DNA of 24,678 bases from contig JANRLD010000082.1 of NCBI GenBank assembly GCA_033762915.1, forward strand, positions 1 to 24,678, given 5' to 3'. The DNA is from Meiothermus sp. GTDB lineage: Bacteria > Deinococcota > Deinococci > Deinococcales > Thermaceae. The position numbers and the translations under genes were made by a program. Positions 6,839 through 15,173 of the stretch are shown here, piece by piece. Each line of letters starts with the position of its first letter. Positions within the stretch are counted from its first letter, which is position 1. The notes under the pieces are model-generated. The model worked only from the letters and a program-made list of their open reading frames with translations. It was not told the origin of the DNA and made no database searches.

Positions 6839-9481
6839 ATGGGTACGATACCGGGCTGGGTATGTCCGTTTCTCTGGGGGTTTTTAGGGGCCTGGCTCTT
6901 GGGCTGGCTGCTCCACGCCCTCTGGCGTCGTCGCCAGGTCGAGGTCGAGAACCAGCTGATCGAGTCTCAGAGCGAGGTCGGGCGCTTAAAGGCCGACCTC
7001 GGCTACGCCAAGGAGGCCCACACCCGGCTGGTGGCCTCGGAAAACGAGCTGAGCGCGCTTCGCCTCAAGCTGGCCGACTACGACAGCCTACACGACGAGT
7101 TGGGGGCGCAGAAAAAAGAGCTGCTCAGCGCTCAGGGGCGGATCAGTACGGTCGAGCTCGAGCGCGACAGGCTGCGCGTGGAGTGGGAGGGCAGGTACAA
7201 AGCTCTTGAAGCCGAGCGGGATGGCCTCGAGGCGCGCCTGGGCCAGGCCGAGGGGGAGCGCAACCGGTACAACCTTGGTCGCCTGGGCTTAAGTGGTGAG
7301 GCGGCCCTGCTGGGCAGCCAGGTCGGGGCCCTGCGCGCCGACCGCGACGAGCTGAACAGCGGCACCCTGCTGCTCCAGGGCGAGGTCTCCGCGCTGGGGG
7401 CACAGGTCAAGGCCCTGCGCGATGAGCGCGATGAGCTGAAGGCCGGCCTGGAGGGCCTCCGCGCCGAGGCCGCCGACCTCCAGGGGCGCCTGAACAAGAC
7501 CAACACCGAGCGGCTGGCCTATGGGGGCGAGTTGGCGGTGCTGCGCAAGCAGGCCGACGAGCTGCGCGCCGACCGCGACGATCAAAAGGGCCAGGCCGCC
7601 GACCTGGGCGGCAAGCTGGCCGCGCTGGGCGGGATGGCCGCCGCCTTCGCCGCCCTCAGGGGCCGCTTTGGCAAGGAACCCGAGGAGATGGAGGCCCACT
7701 TCGCCGCTGTCATGGCAGAGCGCGACGAGCTGCGCGGCCAGATCGAGCGCTACAAGGGCGACTTCAGCGGCCTGCAGGCCCGCCACAGTGCGCTGGAGGC
7801 CGAGTCCGGCCGGACCAAGGCCGACCTCGAGGGCCGCCTCCGGTCGCTCGAGGCTCACCTCGACAAGATCCGCCAGGAGTGGGAAGGCCGGGTCAAGGCC
7901 CTGGAAGCCGATAAGGCCGGGCTCGAGGGCCGCCTCAAGGCCCTCGAGGAAGACCTGGCCCAAACCGGCGCCAATTACAGCGCCGCGCAGGCCCGCATCA
8001 GCGAGTACGAGGTTCAGCTGGCCCAGCACCAGGAGGACTCCGGGCAGATGGCCGCCAATTACGCCTCAGCCCAGGCCCGCATCTCCGAGTACCAGGCCCA
8101 GCTCGGCGACCTCGAGGCCAGCGCCAACAAGCTGAAGCTGGACTGGGAGGGCCGCTACAAGGCCCTCGAGGTTCAACTGGGGGCCGTCGGCGGCCAGCGC
8201 GACGGCGACAAAGCCGAGCTCGAGCTGCTGCGCAAGCGACTCGACGAGGCCGGCAAGGCTGGCAACGAGCTGGTAAACAGCCGCAACAAGCTGCAGGCCG
8301 AACTCGACAAGACCCGCGCTGATCTCAACCAGGCCCAGGGGGCCTACCAAGACCTCGAAGCCACCCGGCGCGAGTTGGCCGACCTCAGGGCCCGCTTCTC
8401 CAAGCTCGAGGAGGAGCGCGACTGGTTCAGCGGCGAGGTGAGCGGGCTGCGCCGCGACCTCGAGGCTGCGAACGCCCTGAAAGCCGAACTCGAGGGCGGC
8501 AAGGCCCGTATCGCCGCGCTGGAGGGGCAGCTCAAGGGGCAGGACGAAGACCTCAAGCAGATGGGCGAGAACTACAGCTCGGCACAGGCCCGCATCAGCG
8601 ACTACGAGGTGCGTCTGGCCGAGTGGGAGCAGCAGGCCAAGGGACACGACCAGCGCATCGCCGAGTACGAGGGTCGCCTCGAGACCTACCAGCGCGACAG
8701 CCGGCAGATGGCCGACAACTACGCTGCTGCCCAGGCCAGGGTCTCTGATCTCGAGGCCCAACTGGGCGAGCTCGAGCTACGCAGCAGCGAGCGCCTGATG
8801 CAGTACGACGAACTGGCCGCCAGCTACGCCGCCGCTCAGGCCAGGGTCTCCGACTTCGAGTCCAAGGCCACCCTCGCCGTCCCGCCGCCCACCCCGGCCC
8901 CAAAGCCTGCCACGCCGCGCAAGCCGAGGGAGAAGAAGGAAAAGAGCGTCATCGGCTACCGGGTCACCCAGAGCCGGGTCTTCCGGGCCGAGGTGGTGCC
9001 CGAGGGCCACGACCCCTTGGGCGTGATCGAGGGCGTGGGCGGGGCCTACCAGGCCAAGCTGTGGGGGGCCGGAGTCCACACCTTCAAGCAGCTCTCCGAG
9101 ACCCCCGCCGAGCGCCTGCGCGAGATCTGTGCTAAAGACCTGGAGTACGACGAGTGGATCGTGGAGGCGCGGCGCTTCATGCGCGGGGTCTACAAGCTCT
9201 CGCAAGCCACCCAGGGCGGCGGACGCAAGCGGGCCGACGACCTCAAGCGCATCGAGGGCATCGGCCCCAAGATCGCCGAGGCCCTCACCGCGGCAGGCAT
9301 CGCCACCTTCGAGGAACTCGAGGCCGCCAGCGAGGGCCAGTTGCGGGCCGCGCTCGAGGCCGCCGGCCTCAGCTTCGCCCCCAGCATCCACACCTGGAGC
9401 GCCCAGGCCGCCTACCTGGTACGCGGCGACGAGGCCGGCTTCAAGGCCTACACCGACCAGCTCACGGCGGGTCGTGAGTAA
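6839..9481 (+). CDS. Membrane-anchored repeat coiled-coil protein with two C-terminal helix-hairpin-helix (DUF4332-like) domains
   Basis: AGGAGG RBS. Trp-rich N-terminal TM, about 650 aa of heptad-rich sequence with internal repeats, Pro/Lys linker, then DPLGVIEGVGGAYQAKLWGAG and DDLKRIEGIGPKIAEALTAAGIATF motifs. Confidence 0.85.
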   Translation: MGTIPGWVCPFLWGFLGAWLLGWLLHALWRRRQVEVENQLIESQSEVGRLKADLGYAKEAHTRLVASENELSALRLKLADYDSLHDELGAQKKELLSAQGRISTVELERDRLRVEWEGRYKALEAERDGLEARLGQAEGERNRYNLGRLGLSGEAALLGSQVGALRADRDELNSGTLLLQGEVSALGAQVKALRDERDELKAGLEGLRAEAADLQGRLNKTNTERLAYGGELAVLRKQADELRADRDDQKGQAADLGGKLAALGGMAAAFAALRGRFGKEPEEMEAHFAAVMAERDELRGQIERYKGDFSGLQARHSALEAESGRTKADLEGRLRSLEAHLDKIRQEWEGRVKALEADKAGLEGRLKALEEDLAQTGANYSAAQARISEYEVQLAQHQEDSGQMAANYASAQARISEYQAQLGDLEASANKLKLDWEGRYKALEVQLGAVGGQRDGDKAELELLRKRLDEAGKAGNELVNSRNKLQAELDKTRADLNQAQGAYQDLEATRRELADLRARFSKLEEERDWFSGEVSGLRRDLEAANALKAELEGGKARIAALEGQLKGQDEDLKQMGENYSSAQARISDYEVRLAEWEQQAKGHDQRIAEYEGRLETYQRDSRQMADNYAAAQARVSDLEAQLGELELRSSERLMQYDELAASYAAAQARVSDFESKATLAVPPPTPAPKPATPRKPREKKEKSVIGYRVTQSRVFRAEVVPEGHDPLGVIEGVGGAYQAKLWGAGVHTFKQLSETPAERLREICAKDLEYDEWIVEARRFMRGVYKLSQATQGGGRKRADDLKRIEGIGPKIAEALTAAGIATFEELEAASEGQLRAALEAAGLSFAPSIHTWSAQAAYLVRGDEAGFKAYTDQLTAGRE

Positions 9482-9491
9482 GAGGTGACAC

Positions 9492-10466
9492 ATGACACGC
9501 CCCAGACTGTTCACCCCCTTCGACTGGATCATGGCCATCGGGACGCTGATCCTGATCGCCCTGATCATCTGGTTCTGCTTCATCCTGGGCGCACGCCCTG
9601 CCGGTGCGGCGGCCAGCCTGACCTCGCCCGCCGCCAACGCGGTGCTGGGCGGCAGCGCCGACTTCAGCGGCATCGGCCAGCCCGGCAGCCGCCTGCGCCT
9701 ATTCCTCCAAGACCGTGAACTCACCACCTCGCCCCTGACCGTGGGGGCCGACGGTCGCTGGACGCTGCCCGCCGCCAACATCGCGGGCCTGGGCCTCCAG
9801 CCCGGCACCTACAACCTCGACCTCCGCACCGTGGACACCGCCGGGGCCACCCTGGCCTCCCAGAGCGTCCCCTTCCGCGTCGAGGCCGCCCCCGCCGCCG
9901 ACCTCGCCATCTCCACCCCGGCCAACGAGACCGAACTCCCGGCGGGCTCCTTCACCCTCAGCGGCACCGGGACGCCGGGCGAGACCCTCGAGGTCTTCCA
10001 AGACGACTTCAGCCTGGGCACCGCCACCGTCGGGGCTGACGGCACCTGGAGCCAGCGCATCCCCTCGGTCGGGCAGGGTGGTGGGTCGTACACCTACCGC
10101 GTGGCCTCGACCACCGGCAGCGGGCGCGAAACCCAGACCCGCGTCAACTTCACCGCCGTCACCGCCGCCAGCGGCGCGGTCTGCGACCGCGAGTACTTCC
10201 TCTCCGTCGCCGACGGCCAGACCCTCTCCCAGCCCTTCCGCTTCGGCGGCGACGGCAGGGGCCAGGGCTACACCGTGACGGTCAAGCGCGGGGAGCGCAC
10301 CGTGGGCACTCGAGAGATGCGGCTCGACGCCACCTGCGGCTGGGGCTACGACTCCCGCCCCGGCCCCGGCACCGTCACCTACGAGGTGCGTGAGGGGCTC
10401 AGCCGCGACGTTGACCTGAACGCCGCCCCGCTCTCCTCCGTCACCGTCACCATCAACGTGCGCTAA
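9492..10466 (+). CDS. Membrane-anchored Ig-like domain protein
   Basis: N-terminal TM. Two related beta-rich repeats (SGIGQPG...TVGADGRWT and SGTGTPG...TVGADGTWS) and a third domain with a Cys pair. The GAGGTG RBS abuts the upstream stop codon. Confidence 0.8.
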   Translation: MTRPRLFTPFDWIMAIGTLILIALIIWFCFILGARPAGAAASLTSPAANAVLGGSADFSGIGQPGSRLRLFLQDRELTTSPLTVGADGRWTLPAANIAGLGLQPGTYNLDLRTVDTAGATLASQSVPFRVEAAPAADLAISTPANETELPAGSFTLSGTGTPGETLEVFQDDFSLGTATVGADGTWSQRIPSVGQGGGSYTYRVASTTGSGRETQTRVNFTAVTAASGAVCDREYFLSVADGQTLSQPFRFGGDGRGQGYTVTVKRGERTVGTREMRLDATCGWGYDSRPGPGTVTYEVREGLSRDVDLNAAPLSSVTVTINVR

Positions 10467-10484
10467 ACACCCCAGCAGGAAAAC

Positions 10485-10513
10485 GGGGGCTCGAGGGTAC
10501 TGCTCGAGCCCCC
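10485..10513. terminator. Probably bidirectional terminator hairpin
   Basis: GGGGGCTCGAG/CTCGAGCCCCC 11-bp stem, with AAAA upstream and a T run shortly downstream. Confidence 0.75.
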
Positions 10514-10529
10514 AACCTTTTGGAATATC

Positions 10530-10820
10530 CGACGGCGGTTCGCAGCTTACGCCTGCATCGCAGCGCGAGGCATAAGGTGCCCCGCACATCCGGGCCTCGG
10601 CCTGCGGACATTCGCGGAAAGCGCTGTCGCCCCGCACGCCGGCCGCGGGCGAAACTCCGGGCAGGCTTGCGGCCGGGAGGTCGGGTAACACCTACGCGGG
10701 AGGTACATGGGAGCCCACCTGAAGGCGCGAAACCCGGCCAGGGCACCTCAGGGGGCTGCGCCTGCCGGCCGAACGGCACGGGCCACACCCAGCGTTCGGC
10801 GGGCGGTGTCTCGCCTGTAC
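10530..10820 (+). ncRNA. Candidate ~290-nt three-domain structured RNA, family unassigned
   Basis: Closing helices 10530-10537/10622-10629, 10631-10635/10696-10700 and 10703-10712/10809-10820, each enclosing further hairpins. Duplicated loop motif GCGAAAC(U)CCGGNCAGG. Confidence 0.45.
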
Positions 10821-10822
10821 AA

Positions 10823-10878
10823 CTTTTCATTTCTTTCGTACACTTTCGCTAGTGCAAAATTTAGCGACCAAGCGAAAC
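10823..10878 (+). promoter_or_regulatory. Promoter and probable autoregulatory DeoR/AgaR-type operator
   Basis: TTTC repeats (CTTTTCA 10823, CTTTCG 10833, CTTTCG 10843) plus inverted CGAAAC at 10873. TACACT and CAAAAT -10-like hexamers. Confidence 0.55.
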
Positions 10879-10895
10879 CTCCCGGGGGTGCTCTG

Positions 10896-11669
10896 ATGCC
10901 CTCCCTCGAGGCCACCTTCCGCCACCAGGAGATCATGGCGGTGCTCGCGCGGGACGGGCAGGCCCACGTCACCGCGCTGGCCGAGCACTTCGGGGTCTCC
11001 TCAGTCACGATCCGCACCGACCTGGAATACCTCGAGCACCAGGGCCTGCTGCGCCGCACGCGGGGCGGGGCGGTGCCCGCCGAGAGCAAGCGCTTCGAGC
11101 TGCCGCTGGAGGCCAGCCGCCAGATCCACACCCGCGAGAAGGAGCGCATCGGGGCCTACGCGGCGGGCCTGATCCGCGACGGCGAGACGGTGATCGTGGA
11201 CGTGGGCAGCACCACCACCGAACTCGCCAAGGCCCTCTCCCCGGCCCTCAAGAACGTGGTGGTTATCACCAGCGCCCTCAATATCGCCCTGCTCCTGGAG
11301 TCCCACCCCGGCGTGACGGTAATCGTGACTGGCGGGACGCTCCGCCCCCTGCAGCACTCGCTGGTCAACCCCTACGGGATGCTGCTGCTGCGCGAGGTGA
11401 ACGCCGACAAGACCTTCATCGGCTGCAACGGCATCCACCCCGAGAAGGGCATCACCAACACCAACCTCCAGGAGGCCGAGATCAAGCGGGCCATGCTCGA
11501 GGCCAGCCGCCAGAGCATCCTCCTGGCCGACCACACCAAGCTGATGCAGGTCGCCACCGCCCGCATCGGCCCCCTCGAGTCCGCCGACCTCCTCATCACC
11601 GACAAGAAGGCCGACGCCGGGAAGCTGGAAACGCTGCGGGGGGTCGGGCTCGAGGTGGCGGTGGTTTAG
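10896..11669 (+). CDS. DeoR/GlpR family (AgaR-like) transcriptional regulator (start moved to ATG 10896)
   Basis: HTH LAEHFGVSSVTIRTDL...RTRGGA, DVGSTT, GGTLR, LADHTK. Confidence 0.93.
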   Translation: MPSLEATFRHQEIMAVLARDGQAHVTALAEHFGVSSVTIRTDLEYLEHQGLLRRTRGGAVPAESKRFELPLEASRQIHTREKERIGAYAAGLIRDGETVIVDVGSTTTELAKALSPALKNVVVITSALNIALLLESHPGVTVIVTGGTLRPLQHSLVNPYGMLLLREVNADKTFIGCNGIHPEKGITNTNLQEAEIKRAMLEASRQSILLADHTKLMQVATARIGPLESADLLITDKKADAGKLETLRGVGLEVAVV

Positions 11670-11841
11670 ACGGGGCCAAAGGAGAGCAAGGTCAAGAGAT
11701 AGGAGAAGAAACCGCGCACGCGGTTCCATCTCTCCTCTTTCCTCGCCCTTTGCCCTCTGCCCTGCTCCCTGTTCCCTCTTCGCCGGATTTACCCTTAGAC
11801 TACGCTACGGCGCGGACAGACCCGCGGTTTCGGAGGCAAAG

Positions 11842-12762
11842 ATGCTGGCAACTGGGATGGAGATTCTGTCGAAGGCGAGACGGGAGGGCTACGGAGTCGG
11901 GGCCTTCAACGTCAACGACATGGAGTTCGTACAGGCGGTGCTCGAGGCCGCCGACGAGGTGCGCAGCCCGGTGCTGCTGGCGCTCTCCGAGGGGGCCATG
12001 AAGTACGGCGGCAAGGCCCTGTTCATGCTGGTGCGCGAGATGGGCAAGGAGGCCCGGGTGCCGGTGTGCATCCACCTCGACCACGGCAGCAGCTACGAGA
12101 GCTGCATGAAGGCCATCCAGGCCGGCTTCACCTCGGTGATGATCGACAAGTCCCACGACGACGCCGAGACCAACGCCCGCGAAACCCGCCGGGTGGTGCA
12201 GACCGCCCACGCCCTGGGCGTGACCGTCGAGGCCGAGATTGGGCGGCTGGGCGGCGTGGAGGAGCACGTAGTGGTCAGCGAGGAGGACGCCTTCCTCACC
12301 AACCCCGACGAGGCCGCCTGGTTCATGGAGCATTCCGGCGCGGACTACCTGGCGGTGGCGGTGGGCACCTCACACGGGGCCTTCAAGGGCAAGGGCCGCC
12401 CCTTCATCGACCACGCCCGCATCGAGAAGATCGCCGCCAAACTGCCGAACAACCCCCTGGTCATGCACGGCGCGAGCGGCGTCCCCCAGGAGCTGGTCGA
12501 GCGCTTCCGTGCGGCGGGCGGCTCGATGGGCGAGGCGGTCGGCATTCACCCCGACGACATCCGCAAGGGTATCGCAGCGGGCATCGCCAAGATCAACACC
12601 GACACCGACCTGCGCCTGGGCTTTGTGACCAAGGTGCGCGAGCTGCTGGGCACCAACCCGAAAGAGATCGACCCCAGAAAGTTCCTCGGGCCTGCGAGGG
12701 ACGAGATGAAGGCCATCGTGAAGGCGCGCATGGAGTTGTTCGGCTCGGCCGGTAAAGGGTAG
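11842..12762 (+). CDS. fba: Class II fructose-1,6-bisphosphate aldolase
   Basis: HLDHG, SVMIDKS, VEAEIG, GTSHGAFKGKGRP, VMHGAS, KINTDTDLR. Closely resembles Thermus Fba. Confidence 0.95.
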   Translation: MLATGMEILSKARREGYGVGAFNVNDMEFVQAVLEAADEVRSPVLLALSEGAMKYGGKALFMLVREMGKEARVPVCIHLDHGSSYESCMKAIQAGFTSVMIDKSHDDAETNARETRRVVQTAHALGVTVEAEIGRLGGVEEHVVVSEEDAFLTNPDEAAWFMEHSGADYLAVAVGTSHGAFKGKGRPFIDHARIEKIAAKLPNNPLVMHGASGVPQELVERFRAAGGSMGEAVGIHPDDIRKGIAAGIAKINTDTDLRLGFVTKVRELLGTNPKEIDPRKFLGPARDEMKAIVKARMELFGSAGKG

Positions 12763-12848
12763 TAGGGGCCAAGGAAGCAGGAGAGCGGTGAGCCCACCGC
12801 GAAAGCCCCTTCACAAAACAAGTGTCGTTCTGGCGCATAGCGCCGGGT

Positions 12849-12882
12849 CTGCGGGCTGCCGGGTGCGGCCCGCAGCTTTCTT
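12849..12882 (+). terminator. Terminator between convergent fba and degV
   Basis: CTGCGGGCTGC/GCGGCCCGCAG stem followed by CTTTCTT. Confidence 0.6.
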
Positions 12883-12937
12883 AACCTGAAGCCTCCCCAA
12901 AAGGCCCGTGCTATAGCCCTTCTCTTCCCTCCCCCGC

Positions 12938-13774
12938 TCAGACCGCTGACCTGGGCGCGGCGAACACCGCCACCGTCCCCGGCCCGGTGTGGGCCATCAC
13001 GGCGGCGCCAGCAGGACGGGTGCTCTCGAGCAGCACCCCCTCGAGCTTCATGGCCCGCCTCAGCTCCTCGATGGCTTCCTGGTCGTAGGTGTGGGCCAGG
13101 TGGACTCGAGCGCCCCGGGGAAAGTCGCGGTGAAAGCGATGCACCAGCTGGGCGATGCCGTGGTGCCAGCCGCGCACGCGCTCGGCGGGGAGCACCGCGC
13201 CGTCCTTGATCTCCAAGATCGGGAGAATTTTCAGCAGCGAGGCGATGAAGTGCTGAAGGCCGGAGATGCGCCCGCCCCGGCGGAGGTACTCCAGGGTGCG
13301 GGGCAGAACGTAGCCGCGCATCGCGCCCCGCAGCGGGGCCACCGACTCCTCGAGGCGTTCCCAGGCCGCGCCCGCCGCCAGCAGGCGCCTGGCCTCGTCG
13401 AGTACGAACTGCACGCCGCCGTTGATGCTGAGAGAATCCAGCACCTTCACCCGGTCGCCGAACCCCGCGGCCACGGCCTGGGCGGTGGAGTAGGTGCCGG
13501 AGAGCCGGCTGGAGACATGGACCGAGACGACGCGGTCGAACTGCCCCAGCAGCGAATCATAGAGTTCCTGGATGTCGGCCTGAGCGCACTGGCTGGTGGT
13601 GACCTTGGAGCCGCTCTTCTGAGCTGCGGCCACCTCGTCAGGCGTCAGCTCGAGCCAGTCGCGGTAGGTCTTGCCGTCCAGGATGATCTGCTGCGGGACG
13701 AGATAGATGCCCTGCTCCAAGGCCTCCTGCGGCGAGAGCCCTAGGGTGGAGTCGGCGACGAAGGTAGTCTTCAC
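12938..13774 (-). CDS. DegV family fatty-acid-binding protein (start moved to GTG 13774)
   Basis: VADST, TTSQ, SVHVSSRLSGTY, VLDS, LRRGGRI, AHTGPG. AGGGGG RBS before the GTG. Confidence 0.92.
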   Translation of the reverse strand: MKTTFVADSTLGLSPQEALEQGIYLVPQQIILDGKTYRDWLELTPDEVAAAQKSGSKVTTSQCAQADIQELYDSLLGQFDRVVSVHVSSRLSGTYSTAQAVAAGFGDRVKVLDSLSINGGVQFVLDEARRLLAAGAAWERLEESVAPLRGAMRGYVLPRTLEYLRRGGRISGLQHFIASLLKILPILEIKDGAVLPAERVRGWHHGIAQLVHRFHRDFPRGARVHLAHTYDQEAIEELRRAMKLEGVLLESTRPAGAAVMAHTGPGTVAVFAAPRSAV

Positions 13775-13891
13775 GGTTGCCCCCTGCTGGTTTGTGTTTG
13801 CCATGAGTATGTCAGATTCTGGCAAAAATTCCAGCACCTTGGGGGGGCTCGAGGTTGAGAGCGGGCTGAAACCGGGCGAATTCACGGTTGG

Positions 13892-13955
13892 GTAGTGGGC
13901 TGTGCCCACCGACCTGACGGCACCGGAGTGTTGGTGGGCACAGCCCAGCCCTACG
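13892..13955. repeat. REP doublet (REPIN-like) element
   Basis: GTAG + TGGGCTGTGCCCACCGAC (13896-13913) ... GTTGGTGGGCACAGCCCA (13930-13947) + CTAC. Each arm is itself a short palindrome. Confidence 0.65.
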
Positions 13956-13971
13956 ACCACTGAAACTCACA

Positions 13972-13999
13972 GGCGGGGGGATTGGCCAATCCCCCCGCC
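13972..13999. terminator. Perfect 28-bp palindrome downstream of degV (terminator or stabilising hairpin)
   Basis: GGCGGGGGGATTGG|CCAATCCCCCCGCC, with no clear U tract. Confidence 0.5.
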
Positions 14000-14014
14000 C
14001 GCCCTCACCTCAAC

Positions 14015-14854
14015 TCACAAGCTGTACGCGTAGTAGCCGTACAGCCCCGGCCCGGTGTGCGTCGAGATCACCCCGCCGATGGGCATGGTGGCCCGCTCCT
14101 CCAGCGGCAGCCCCAGCGCCGCTACCGCCGCCTTAAAGGCGTCTACATCGTGGATGTCGGCGTTGTAGAGGTAGTAGATGCGGATGCGCTGGCGGCCCTG
14201 GGCCCAGCTCCGCAGCGACTCGACAATCTCGGCCAGGGCCTTCTTATCACCGCGCGCCCGGCCCGCCGCCTCGACCTTGCCCTCGCGCACGGTCAGGATC
14301 GGCTTGATGCCCAGCAGGCCGCCCAGCAGGGCCTGCGCCCCCCCGATGCGCCCGTTCTTCTTGAGGTAGTCCAGCCCGGACAGGGTGAAGCGCACGATGT
14401 GGTCGGAGCGGATGCGCTCGAGTTCGGTCATCACCTCGGGCAGGCCCTTGCCTGCGGCCAGCATCTCATGCGCCCGCTCGACCATCATCCCCTCGCCCAT
14501 GCTGGCCGCTAGGCTGTCGAAGACGGTGATCTTGCCGGGGAACTCCTGGGCTGCCAGGGTGGCCGACTGCACGGTGCCCGACAGCTTGGAAGAGATGTGG
14601 ATCGAAAGGACGTGGTCGGCGCCTTGCAGCACCTTCTCGTAGGTGGCCTTGAAGTCGGCGGGCGAGGGCTGGGAGCTGGAGGGCATCCCGGCCCCGGCCT
14701 TGACGCCCTCGAAGATGTCGGCGGCCTTGATCTCGAGCCAATCCTTGCGCACCTTGCCCTGGAAGTTGACATATAGCGGGACGATCTCCACGCCCAGCTT
14801 GGGGGCCAAGGTCTGCATGTCGGAGGTCGAGTCGGTTACGATGGCGATTCTCAT
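14015..14854 (-). CDS. DegV family fatty-acid-binding protein
   Basis: MRIAIVTDSTSD, SSQPSP, SIHISSKLSGT, LKKNGRIG, STHTGPG. Confidence 0.94.
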   Translation of the reverse strand: MRIAIVTDSTSDMQTLAPKLGVEIVPLYVNFQGKVRKDWLEIKAADIFEGVKAGAGMPSSSQPSPADFKATYEKVLQGADHVLSIHISSKLSGTVQSATLAAQEFPGKITVFDSLAASMGEGMMVERAHEMLAAGKGLPEVMTELERIRSDHIVRFTLSGLDYLKKNGRIGGAQALLGGLLGIKPILTVREGKVEAAGRARGDKKALAEIVESLRSWAQGRQRIRIYYLYNADIHDVDAFKAAVAALGLPLEERATMPIGGVISTHTGPGLYGYYAYSL

Positions 14855-15173
14855 AGCGTTTCCTCAAGCGTTGAAGTTCGAAGTTGAAGGTCGACCGACA
14901 CGGCGGCCAGCGCTCCATCCCCAACGGCTACTCTTCTCATTTCTCGTGGCGAAAGTCTAGCACAGCTTGGGTGAAAGGAAAATGTTGCCTGTGGCGGTTT
15001 TGCGGGCTCGAGTTTTGCACCAAGACCAAGTTTCTGCCAAACCCCACAGGATGGGCGCGCGACACCGCTGCCCACTCCTTGCCCCCCCTCGCCCAAAAGT
15101 GATACAGTTCTCGGCAGTGCTGCGGTATACCAATCCGCGCAAAATCCCCCAAAAGTAGCATGGAGTGGCGAAC

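Noticed and set aside
10709..10812. Resemblance to c-di-GMP-II (UGAA..GGGCAC..GGUG), glycine, TPP or hammerhead cores
   Set aside because: Only isolated words match. The kink-turn GGAG partner, GGAGAG, CUGAGA and CUGANGA-stem-GAAA arrangements are missing.
12768..12780. CCAAGGAAGCAG, similar to the SRP RNA core
   Set aside because: Lacks the upstream CAGG and the long rod helix.
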